Below are positions 23,545-35,500 of a stretch of DNA of 64,000 nucleotides, piece after piece. Made by a program: the position numbers and the translations under genes. A model generated the notes under the pieces. It was not told where the DNA came from. It worked only from the letters and a program-made list of their open reading frames with translations, and did no database searches. The stretch is from positions 558,001 through 622,000 of the forward strand of contig CM059433.1 of assembly GCA_030390025.1 (NCBI GenBank). Reading direction: 5' to 3'. Numbering within the stretch: the first letter of the stretch is position 1; every line of letters begins with the position of its first letter. The DNA is from Squalus acanthias. Its lineage: Eukaryota.

Positions 23545-26500
23545 GTAAGTTGTACTGCCAGGCAGCAGCGGACTCTAAGCCTAAGCTTCAGCTGTTTTAA
23601 ATCAAATCCTTCACACAAAATGTGGTTGAGGAACAAAATACTTCTGGAAATCATTCACTTCTCCCAACAAAGCAAAGTTGATGGCACATTTCCCCTCAAA
23701 AGTCTTTAATATTCACCACATAGTGCATCTTTCTTTTCCCTTTCTTCTCTTTCAGGAACCAAATGGGGAATCTTCTAAAAGTTCTCACTTGCACAGAGTT
23801 TGATCAAGGGCCAAATTTTTTTCTTGACTTTGAAAGTGAGAATAGACTCTTGCTTGGCTTTTACCTTAAAACCACTCTGCATGTACCTGTAGAATAGAAC
23901 ACATTGGGGTGTGAAAGGAACTAATATGGTGTGGGTGTCTGCAATTCTGCACCTTCCCTAAATCTGTTCTCCTATTTGGCATTTGCTTCATAGTATCACT
24001 TGGCACTCCAACCAAGGACAGTACTAGAACTTCTAATATAAAAGGAACCCAAAACACAAAGTTTTGTGTCGGTGCTACTGTGGTTATAGTCATTTGGTCT
24101 GGGAAGTTGATCTGACGCTATCAGTTTTGCTAAAGCTACCAAATTAAAGACTTGGCACTTGGGTTGTATCCAATTAAAAGTATCTTCCTTCCATTAAAAT
24201 TAGCAATGTTTTCCCCATTGATTGGACATGTGATTTTAAACAGTTTATGGCTTTCATACCATTAAATAGCTTGCTATGTAGTAGATCCTGTAGTAATTCA
24301 AAATGTCATTTTTGCCACAATCTGCTTTCTTGTCTAATTCAAAGATAGGTGTGATTACTAATCTAGCTTTGATTTTTGTGAAATTATTCTATACATTTTG
24401 AATTAGTATGAGGATTTATATGTGGAGAAGTATTGTATGTACGCAATGTCACTGCAGTTCATAAATTGGACAATGGTTTGTTGATTTACATCAGTCAGAT
24501 TTTAAAATATATATTAAAAAGGCCATTGAAGTAGTGGTAGTAACATTTAGTTCCTTGCATGCCCCTTGGTTGACATTATGCAATGCATGATTTTTCAACT
24601 GGGATTTTAACTCTATATTACAGTACTGCATTATACAACTAAGGTTGACTTCTTAGAGTATGTCCATTTAAAAAAAAAAGCCATCAAAATGTCTAATATC
24701 AGTGTGGAAAAATGTGTTCAACAGTGAGGCTTGCAATATGGATCTGCTGTTCTTCACCATTTACTGTTCTATAATTTATCAAATTATTTTAAGGATGACG
24801 CATATCAGTTTCATTGAAGCTTCGTGAAAACTTATTAGATGAGATCTTTAATGTGCAGTTTCTAATCTAGTAAATATAAATTTAATTGTTGTTTATCAGT
24901 ATCCAATTACAATAGGTTTGGATGTAAAATTTGGATTCCTATTAATTTTTCCACTCTGATTATGTGAATCTACTAGCTGTTAAATATTTCTGCATGATTT
25001 TAATAAACTTATGGTTCTCTTTGTGAGCTAAGTACAGTATATGGTGATACTTTGCAGAAATTATTCATCACAGCACTTGTGGCTTGATGCTTTACGTAAC
25101 CTAGAGGGTTCCTCTTGTATTATGATAGGGTAATGTCCATCTTATAAATATACATATACTTACAGGAACCTAACTCCTCTGTACTATCCCTATAAACTTC
25201 TCAAATTTTGGAGCATGTTGCCCTATTTTGTGTTGAAATTGTATTTACACACATAGTGCTTATCTCACTTGTAAACCACACCCACTGGAACATTGATGCA
25301 CTTTATTGCTCTCTAAAGCAATTCTGGTACAATGATCAGTTCCTTCCAATATTTGCAAAGCTGAATATTTTTTAACTTCATTTCATGTAGCATTTGTTCC
25401 AGCTGGATAAAAGAAAGCAGAAAAGATGCCATTGGCATAGCTTATAGGGTCTTCATGCCTGCTGCTTAACACAATGTAAATTCCACTAAAACCTTGTCAA
25501 TTCAGCTTTTTAATGTTTCATAGATGATATAAGGTTGATTATTTAAATATATATCCATATGCACGCTGAGTTGCATTGCTGGTAGATTTGGGAGGATTGG
25601 GCTGCTTCCTGAAATCTGATTTTAAAAAAATGTGTAAATGATATAGATACACAAAATAAAAAATAATAAATCAGCACAACACTGAGGCCTTGGCAGGAAG
25701 CTTGATAACCTGGTTTAAGTTAATGACAAGTTACTGATGAGGCTGGTGTATTTTAACTACCTGGTTGGCGTATGAAGGGTGCAGGTTCTGGCAGGTTGGT
25801 TCCTAGGGCAGGCCAAAGGCATGGCAGGAAGAGATGCATGCTGGGTTTGATGGTTGCCCTGAGCGCCACATGGAGTAGGTCTCACACAGACTGTGTCCAA
25901 GGAATGGTGAGAGGGAGTGGGTGGCCAGAGATTGGGGAAAGGGAGAGCTCGCACAAGCCGGCAGTTGAGGTGTTTTATATCAGTCTCTTTTTTTTCTAAT
26001 GTTATCTTGGGCTGGCTGATGAAATTTTCAGGAACTGTCATGGCAGCTGCACCATTGTTTTGTGGAATTTAATTGATTATTACAGTTCCCTATCTCACTT
26101 ATCAGAAAAAGGTCTGTTTGTTTTATCGAATCTGGTAGGATAGGGAGCTGCATTCACAATTCAAAAAAAGATTAATAATGTAATTGCTGATGTATGCAGT
26201 TAAGATAACAAGTAAAAGAGAAGAAAATTACAGACATGGGCACAACATTTTTTTAATGAGGCTTTTTTAAATTGGTTAAAATGCCACCATTCCATTTTAT
26301 ATGATTAAGTTACTGATCTACTTGTATTCAGAGTTATCGCCACATACTGTACACAGTTACATACTGCAGACAGCTAAAATCTGAGATGACGTCCAAAATA
26401 TTTCCTGAATATTTCCTTCCTATTAATGCTGCTTGTGCTCTGTGAAAGTTTCCCCTTTTAACATGTTAAAAGATGATTTGGCTTTTATGGAAAAAAAAAT

Positions 26501-29500
26501 ATTAAGTGGCTTGATGATGCATATTTATAGCAACTAATTCTGACAATTTAATATCAATTTTTAACTTTCTGTAAGGGTGGTAAAACTGTGAAAGGACTGT
26601 TCAAGCATGGGTTGTGGCAGGAGAGCAGCACTGATCACCATATCTGCAGGCTTGACTATCCTGCTCTCCCAAATGAGGTGGGCATGGGTAGGGGAAAATA
26701 TGCTCCATGTGCTTCATTATAGTATGGATTATTTTGTGGTAATTTGCACATAACGGGTTCTTCTTTTCCACTGGTGTGAGTTATCCGTCTAGGGATTAAA
26801 ATAATTAGCAGAGTTCATTATCTCTAAATCTTTGATAGTTTTTCGAATGGAGCATTACTGAAACTACCCTGAGTATGCTGCATATTGACCAAAGAGTTAC
26901 CATGAAAGTCAATGTTAGCTTTCAATTGGGAAAAACTCTATACTACAAAAGCAAGATACTGCGGATGCTGGAAATCTGAAATAAAAACGGAAAATGCCTG
27001 AAATACTCAGTAGGTCAGGACGAATCTGTGGAGAGGGAAACAAAGTTAACGTTTCAGGTCGATGACCTTTCATCAGAACTGGAAAAAGTTACATATGTAA
27101 CAGGTTTTAAGCAAGTACAGAGGTAGGGGAAGGGGAGGAAAGAACAAAAGGAAAGATAGGCAGGAGAGATTAAATGACAAAAGGGCTGATGGTTCAAGGC
27201 AAAAGGGGATGATAATGGGACAAGTAAAGAAACAAAAGATGGGTGTAGAGGAGGTGTAAATGGGAATAGCAGAATCATTACCAACAGCTGCTGTCTGGAA
27301 AAAATGGGGGCAATGGTTATTATCTGAAATTGTTGAACTCAAGGCTGTAAATTGAAAGATGAGGTGCTGTTCCTCGAGCTTCCGTTGAGCTTCATTGGAA
27401 GTGTAGGAGGCCGAGGACAGAGAGGTGGGAGTGGGGCGAAAATTAAAGTGACAGGCGACTGGAAGCTCGGGGTCACGCTTGCAGACTGAACAGAGGGTCC
27501 CACAAAGCGCTCACCCAATCTGCGTTTGGTCTCCCCAATGTAGAGGAGACCGCATCATGAGCAGCGACTACAGTATACTAAATTGAAAGTAATACAAGTA
27601 AATTGCTGTTTCACCTGGAAGGAGTGTTCGGGGCCCTGGACGGTGCAAAGGGAGGAGATAAAAAGGGAAGTTGTTGCATTTCCTGCGCTTGGAAGGGGAG
27701 GGGATGTTGGGGGTGATTGAAGAGTGGGCCAGGGTGTCGCAGAGTGAATGGTCCCTTCGGAATGTTGTAAAGGGAGAGGAAGATGTGTTTGGTGGTGGCA
27801 TCACGCTGTAGGTGGAGGAAATGGCGGAGGATGATCCATTGAATGTGGAGGCTGGTGGGGTGGAAGGCGAAGACAAGGGGAACCCTACCGTGGTTCTGGG
27901 AGGGAGGGGAAAGGGTGAGAGCAGAAGTGCGGGGAATTTATTCTAAATTATATTAACTGGTTAGCTCCACACAACCATATGTGGTTACTTCTTGTAACAA
28001 GGTTTTACAGTCAAGTTTCAGCCCCTTATGCAGTCATCAACTCCTGCAAAACAAGGCATGCAATTTAAATGCTCTGCTGAATTCAATCCAGTAAAAATAT
28101 AATTAGGATAATTAGTTACTTCTGCCACCAATCTGGCTTGGATCTTGTTGCATAACTTAAGTGTTAAGATATATACTTTAATTATTTAAACTTTTACTAT
28201 TATGAAATTAGTTGAATAAAAACTTTAGCATATACACTGTTGACCGAGAAATAAAAGACATTTTGTGAAAACTTAATGGGAATAATTTCTGACGAATAGA
28301 GGTGTCTGCTGACCGCTACATACCTTTGATTGAACAAAAGTCCTACCGTGCAGTTTCAGTAGTCTAAACCTAGAGGAAAACTGGATCTATTCGATATATA
28401 TTAATAAGAAAATGAAATATCAAGGGTATATCTTCATTCTTTCTGACATTGGTGTAAGTAATGAGTAGTGATAATTAGTCTAAATTTATGTGAGGTAACA
28501 TTGATCTACTTAATATCAGAGAAATGAATAATTTACATTACCTGAATCTCATTAACTGAAAGATTCAGAGAGACAGGTTTGCATTTACTTTATCTAAATG
28601 TACATGGTGTAAATGTTCAAAATCAGGTAGCAGCCCTATATACTCCAGGGTAGACTTCTTTCCTCTTTTACTAAACATATGCTGTAGCACAACAGCATTT
28701 AATTCAAAAATCACTAAAGCATTCTTTTTGGAACCTGAGTGAATCTTACTCTTTATCAATTCATCTTAGTGTGCAATTAAATGTGTATAGAAACTTGCCT
28801 CATTTGACATCAATATTTCTAATTTTTGCATAGATGCACAACCTACAGATGGAGAGCGGGAGATTTGGAACCAAGTGAATGCAGTGCTGCAGGATTCTGA
28901 AAGCATTCTAACTGAACTGCAGGCTTATAAAGGGGCTGGGCAAGAGATAAGAGATGTATGCCAGCAACATTCATTCATATAAGTGTTGATTTAACTTTGA
29001 GGGTGAAAGTGCAAAGTGTTGATAATATCTTTAGATTTCTGTAAAGATTAATTGCACCATTCTGCATAGGACTGTATTTCTGCAGAAAGCTGTAGAATAA
29101 ATCGGCTTTTTATTTGACTGAATTTAGAAAGCTATGCAGCCTAAATACTCATCATGTAATATGAAACATCTGAAGTACTATGGCTCCATCTGTCCACAGA
29201 GAAATGTGATTAGAATTGTTTATCAATGATGTATATCTTGGAAAGTATTCAAGTACTTTAAACTAACAATGGTCTTTTCAGTCATCTAAATTATAGTCTA
29301 TGCTTTACAATGAGCTAAAGTTCTGCTGTTGGAAATAAAATGGTAATATTGCCCACATTTTGAACTTACTATGAAAATTTAATGTAGACATTAAAAACAA
29401 TGAACAGTCTGTAAAACTGGTATAGTCATATGGCATTTCAAGGTACACATGTTATAAAGTATTGTCACGAGTTTTTATAGCCAAAGGTCCCAAAGGTGTA

Positions 29501-32500
29501 ATCCTGTTGTGCAATATAACTTTTTTTTTCCAGGCAATTCAAAACCCAGGTGATGGTCAGCTGCAGGACAGAGCATGGAATTCAGTATGTCCACTAGTTG
29601 GGAGGCTTAAGAGGTTCTATGAATTCTCTATAAGATTGGGTAAACTTTTGAATTTTCTATTTTTGTCTCTATACCAGTTAGAGGAGGGGCAGCTCTGCTA
29701 CACCTACCTTATTTATCTGATGTTACCTAGACTGCCACATTTACTTTACAGAGTTGCCTCCGATGCTATGCGCGTCATCAGATGCAACCCTGTAAACCAA
29801 ACTAAGTAACGTCGGTGCCATTAGATACACCAGAACTCCCCCGAGAAGTGGGTTTTCTGGGCGCCAGAAGTGACCAAGGTAAACATCTGCCACCGGTGAC
29901 ACTTGGGTCAGGCTTTCCATCTCGAGTCTGCAGGTAAACCTCTCAGTCCACCTATGCAAGCCAATAATAGACTTTCACAGTGCTAGTCTATACAAGTCTT
30001 ATTCCCAAAAGCAGGGAAGATCCTAAGCAAATTCACAAATAAGCTGCACCTAAGATTCGCATGCATAACTGATTGAAAGTTGCATTGTTGACTTCAGACC
30101 AGCCACACTCTTGTCTGTACAGTTTTTCCTGTTGCTAAATCTGCCCAAAATGGAGCTTCTTAACCTGGTTTTCTAATTATGGCAATTGCTGAAGTTCACT
30201 TCGTTATAATTGTTTTAGTTTGTAATTAGAAAATGCAAACTCCTTTTACTATTTTTTTTATGTTCTCAATACAGAAAAAGCATTACAAAGTCTTTTGGAG
30301 TCGTTGACCTATCCACCTTACACACCAACTCAACATCTGGAACGTGAGCAAGCTCTAGCCAAACAATTTGCAGAAATTCTGCATTTTACTCTCCGTTTTG
30401 ATGAGCTTAAGGTTAGAAACTCAAGCTTACTTGTGACTTTTTTTTACAAAATGCAAAAATGTTAAATTACAACATCCTTTTGTTTTCTGTCCTAGATGAA
30501 AAACCCAGCCATCCAGAATGACTTTAGTTATTACAGACGGACAATAAGTCGTAACAGAATTAACAACATGCATGTGAGTGGAAGTATCTTATAGGCCAAG
30601 ATGTAATTAGTGAAATAGGTTTACATGGCTTTGAATTTAATCCATGCTCTATTTTTTGTTCGAGCAGTTAGATGCTGAGAATGAAGTAAATAATGAAATG
30701 GCCAACAGAATGTCCTTATTTTATGCAGAAGCTACGCCAATGCTAAAAACACTAAGTGATGCGACAACCAAGTTTGTATCAGAGGTATGTATGCCAGATC
30801 AGTTACTAGACTAGTTTGTGATTTAGTAATAATTGCCTTATTTTAGATCACAACCTCATCTGAGCATCAACAGTACTTTGAATGAGTTTGTTATTGGCCA
30901 ATATCCACAAGTAGAGGAACTATTGCAACTATTAGGAACATCACATAACATTGAGGCATCATACTTCCAGGTGGCACACTAGATTGCTGCACCAGGGAGT
31001 AGTTCAGTGAAACTTCATGATTCAGCCGGGTTTACACATATAGGGAGGAGGATAGAAAAATAGAAGCAGGAGTAGGCCATTCGGTCCTTCGAGCCTGCTC
31101 CGCCATTCAATATGATCATGGCTGATACCATATTCCCGCTCTCTCCCCATACCCCTTGATGCCTTTTGTGTCTAGAAATCTATCTACTTCTTAAATATAT
31201 TCAGTGACTTGGCCTCCACAGCCTTCTGTGGTAGAGAATTCCACAGGTTTACCACCCTCTGAGTGAAGAAATTCCTCCTCATCTCAGTCCTAAATGTCCT
31301 ACCCCGTATCCTGAGACTGTGACCCCTCGTTCTAGACCCCCTAGCCAGGGGAAACATCCTCCCTGCATCCAGTCTGTCTAGCCCTGTCAGAATTTTATAC
31401 GTTTCAATGAAATCCCCTCTCATTCTTCTAAACTCTAGTGAATACAGGCCTATTCGACCCAATCTCTCCTCATACAACAGTCCTGCCATCTCAGGAATCA
31501 GTCTGGTGAACCTTCGCTGCACTCCCTCTATGGCAAGTATATGCTTTCTTAGGTAAGGAGACCAAAACTGCACACCCTACTCCAGGTGTGGTCTCACCAA
31601 GTCCCTGTACAACTATAGTAAGACATCCTTGTGTGCAGTTTTGGTCGCCTTATCTGAGGAAGGATGTTCTTGCCATGGAGGGAGTTCAGCGAAGATTCAC
31701 AAGGCTGATACCTGGGATGGCAGGAATGACATATGAGGAGAGATTGGGTCGATTGAGCTTATACTCGCTGGAGTATAGAAGAATGAGAGGGGATCTCATC
31801 GAAACATATAAAATTCTGACAGGTCTGGACAAACTAGATGCAGGAAGAATGTTCCCGATGGTCGGAGAGTCCAGAACCAGGGGTCATAATCTAAGAATAA
31901 GGGGTAAGCCATTTAGGACAGAAATGAGGAGGAATTTCTTCACCCAGAGAGTGGTGAACCTGCGGAATTCTCTACCACAGAAGGTAGTTGAGGCCAAGTC
32001 ATTAAATATATTCAAGAATGAGTTAGATATATTTCTTAAAGCTAAAGGTATCAAGGGATATGGGGAGAAGGCAGGTACAGGGTACTGAGTTTGGATGATC
32101 AGCCATGATCTCATCGAATGGCGGAGCAGGCTCGAGGGGCCGAATGGCCTACTCCTGCTCCTATCTTCTATGTTTCTATCTATGTTTCTATCCTTGCTCC
32201 TGTACTCAAATCCTCTTGCAATGAATGCCGACATACCATTTGCCTTCCTAACTGCTTGCTGCACCTGCATGTTTGCTTTCAGTGACTGGTGTACAAGGAC
32301 ACCCAGGTCCCTTTGTACATCAGCATTTCCCAATCTACCACCATTTAAATAATACTCTACCTTTCTGTTTTTCCTACCAAAGTAGATAACTTCACATTTA
32401 TCCACGTTAGACTGCATCTGCCATGTATTTGCCCACTCACTCAACTTGTCTAATTCGCCTTGAAGCCTCTTTTCATCCTCCTCACAACTCACAATCCTAC

Positions 32501-35500
32501 CTAGTTTTGTGTCGTCAACAAATTTGGAAATATTACATATGGTTCCCTCATCTATATCATTGATATATTGTGAATAGCTGGGGCCCAAGCACTGATCCCT
32601 GCAGTACCCCACTAGTCACCACCTGCCACCCCGAAAAAGACCCATTTATTCCTACTCTGTGTCCTGTCTGTTAACCAATTTTCAATCCATGCCAGTATAT
32701 TACCCCCAATCCCATGTGCTTTAATTTTGCACACTAACCTCTTATGTGGGACTTTATCAAAGGCCTTCTGAAAATCCAAGTACACCACATCCAGTGGTTC
32801 TCCCTTATCTATTCTACCAGTTACATCCTCAAAAAACTCCAGTAGATTTGTCAAACACGCTTTCCCTTTCATAAATCCAGGTTGACTTTGTCTAATCCCA
32901 TTGATATTTTCTAAGTGTCCTGTTATCATATCCTTTATAATAGACTCTAGCATTTTCCCTCCTACTGATGTTAGGCTAACCGGTCTGTAGTTCCTGGTTT
33001 TCTCTCTCCCTCCTTTTTTAAATAGTGGGGTTACATTTGCCACCCTCCAGAACTGTTCCATAATCTATAGAATTTTGAAAGATGACAACCAATGCATCCA
33101 CTATTTCCATGGCTACCTCTTTTAGTACTCTGGGATGCAGATTATCAGGCCCTGGGGATTTATCAGCTTTCAGTCCCATTAATTTCTCCAGCACTATTTT
33201 TTTACTAATACTAATTTCCTTTAATTCCTCCTTCTCACTAGACCCTTGTTTCCCTCGCATTTCTGCGAAGCTACTTGACCATTTCCTTGTTCCCCATTAT
33301 AAATTCTCCCGCTTCTGACTGTAAGGGACCTACATTTGTCTTCACTAATCTTTTTCTTTTTACATACTTGTAGAAGCTTTTACAGTCCGCTTATATGTTC
33401 CTTGCAAGTTTACTCTCATACTCTATTTTTCCCCTCTTGATCAATCTCTTGGTCCTTTTTTGCTGAACTCTAAACTGCTCCCAATCCTCAGGCTTGCTAC
33501 TTTTTCTGGCAACTTTATATGACTCCTCTTTGGATCTAATACTATCCTTAATTTCTTTTGTTAGCCATGGTTGGGCCGCTTTTCCTTTTGAGTTTTTGCG
33601 CCAAAAAGGAATGTATAACTGTTGCAATTCATGCATTCGTTCCTTAAATGTTAGCCATTGCCTATCCACCGTCATGCCTTTTAATGAAGCTCCCCAATCT
33701 ATCATAGCCAACTCACTCCTCATACCATCGTAGTTTCCTTTGTTTAGATTTAGGACCCTAGTTTCGGATTGGACTTCTTCACTTTCCATCTTAATGAAGA
33801 ATTCTAACATGTTATGGTCACTCTTCCCTAAAGGACCCCGCACAACAAGATTATTAATTAACCCCTTCTCATTGCACAATACCCAATCTAGGATAGCCTG
33901 TTCCCTAGTTGGCTCCTCAACGTACTGATCTAAAAAACCATCTCGTACACACTGCAGGAATTCATCCTCAACAGTATTATTGCTAATTTGGTTTGACCAG
34001 TCTATATGTCGATTAAAGTCTCCCATGATTACTGTAGTACCCTTGTTACATGCATCTCTAATTTCCTGTTTGATGCTGTCCCCTACATTACCACTACTGT
34101 TTGGAGGCCTATAGACAACTCCCACCAATGTTTTCTGCCCCTTGGTGCTTCTTAGCTCCACCCAGACTGATTCTACATCTTGATTTTCTGAGCCAATATC
34201 CTTTCTCACTCTTGCTCTGATTTCATCTTTTACTAACAACGATGGCGAGAGAAACAGTCGAGACAATTCCCAGAAAGAGGAATAAAGAGTGAATTAATGG
34301 AAGAGCAATTTAAGGTTGCGCCTGGGAACTTTTTAGTAGCCAATAACAGAATGGTATAGAAGATCACTCACCCAGGAAATATTGCAGGGGGTGTGGGAAC
34401 CATAATAGGGAAGATAAATAAATTTGTTTATAATGTACCAACTGTGATACATTTATATAACCTATATATTCATTAGAGTTAACATTCCTAGTATTTTTAG
34501 CAGTATCTGTTCTAACTTCTACTTATTTAGAAGTGGTGCTATTTTCTACTGAAAGTGTAATGTATCCTACAAGGCTATAGCCCACAGGTGCCTGTCTGTG
34601 GGAATTGACTTATATCAATGAAAAAGAAAGAGCTTGCATTTAAAAAGCACCGTTCACATACTCAGGATGCCCAAGAACACTTCACAACCAATCAAGTACT
34701 TTTGTAGTATACTCACTGTTATGTAGGAAAACACAGCAGTCGGATTGCATACAGCAAGGCCCACAAACAGCAGTGAGATAGACCACCAGATCATCTGTTT
34801 TTAGCAGCGGTGGTGTTTGAGGAACTAGTGTTGGCTAGGAGAACTCCCCGGTCTTTCTTTGTGTAGTGTCATAGGATCTTTTACATCCACCTGACCAGGC
34901 AGATGGGGCTTCGATTTAATACCTCATCCACAAGACAGCATGGTCAACAGTACTGCACTGAAGTGCCAGCCTAGATTATGTGCTAAAGTTCTGGAGTGGG
35001 GCTTGAACCCACAACCGTCTGACTCGGACTGCAAGTGCTACCACTGAGCCAAGCTGACACTGAGCTTCATTTATTATTGCCAATGCTTTCCTGTATGTCT
35101 GCTGTCTCTGTAAATCACTTTGAAGCATCGTACAAAGAAGCCACCAATAATTTCAGCCCTGCTAGATCTTTTACTGGCTGCTCTTTAGTCAGATTCTGCT
35201 ACGGTGTATTTTAACCCTCATTAAATCTCCAGTGTAAAGGGGTAAGAAAGATATTGGCCTGAATTTTGCGGTAAGAATAATGGCGATGCGCTCACTGTTA
35301 TTAAGCAGTAAATTGATACAGCAACTTCCGGCGTCTGCACATGTGCAGTTAAACACGGAAATCGGGAAGTTGCTGTCCAAGTTGTCCTGCTCCGCCACAA
35401 GCTTCACTACACCAGTACCTCGCCGAGAGACTTTGCATTCACAGACATGTAACGGTGTGAAGTTCGGGTACTTACCCACTAGGTACCCACTAAATATGCC

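Noticed and set aside
29462..29809. Single-exon genes from ORFs 29462..29809 and 39228..39410
   Set aside because: They are CYRIA exons read through into flanking intron
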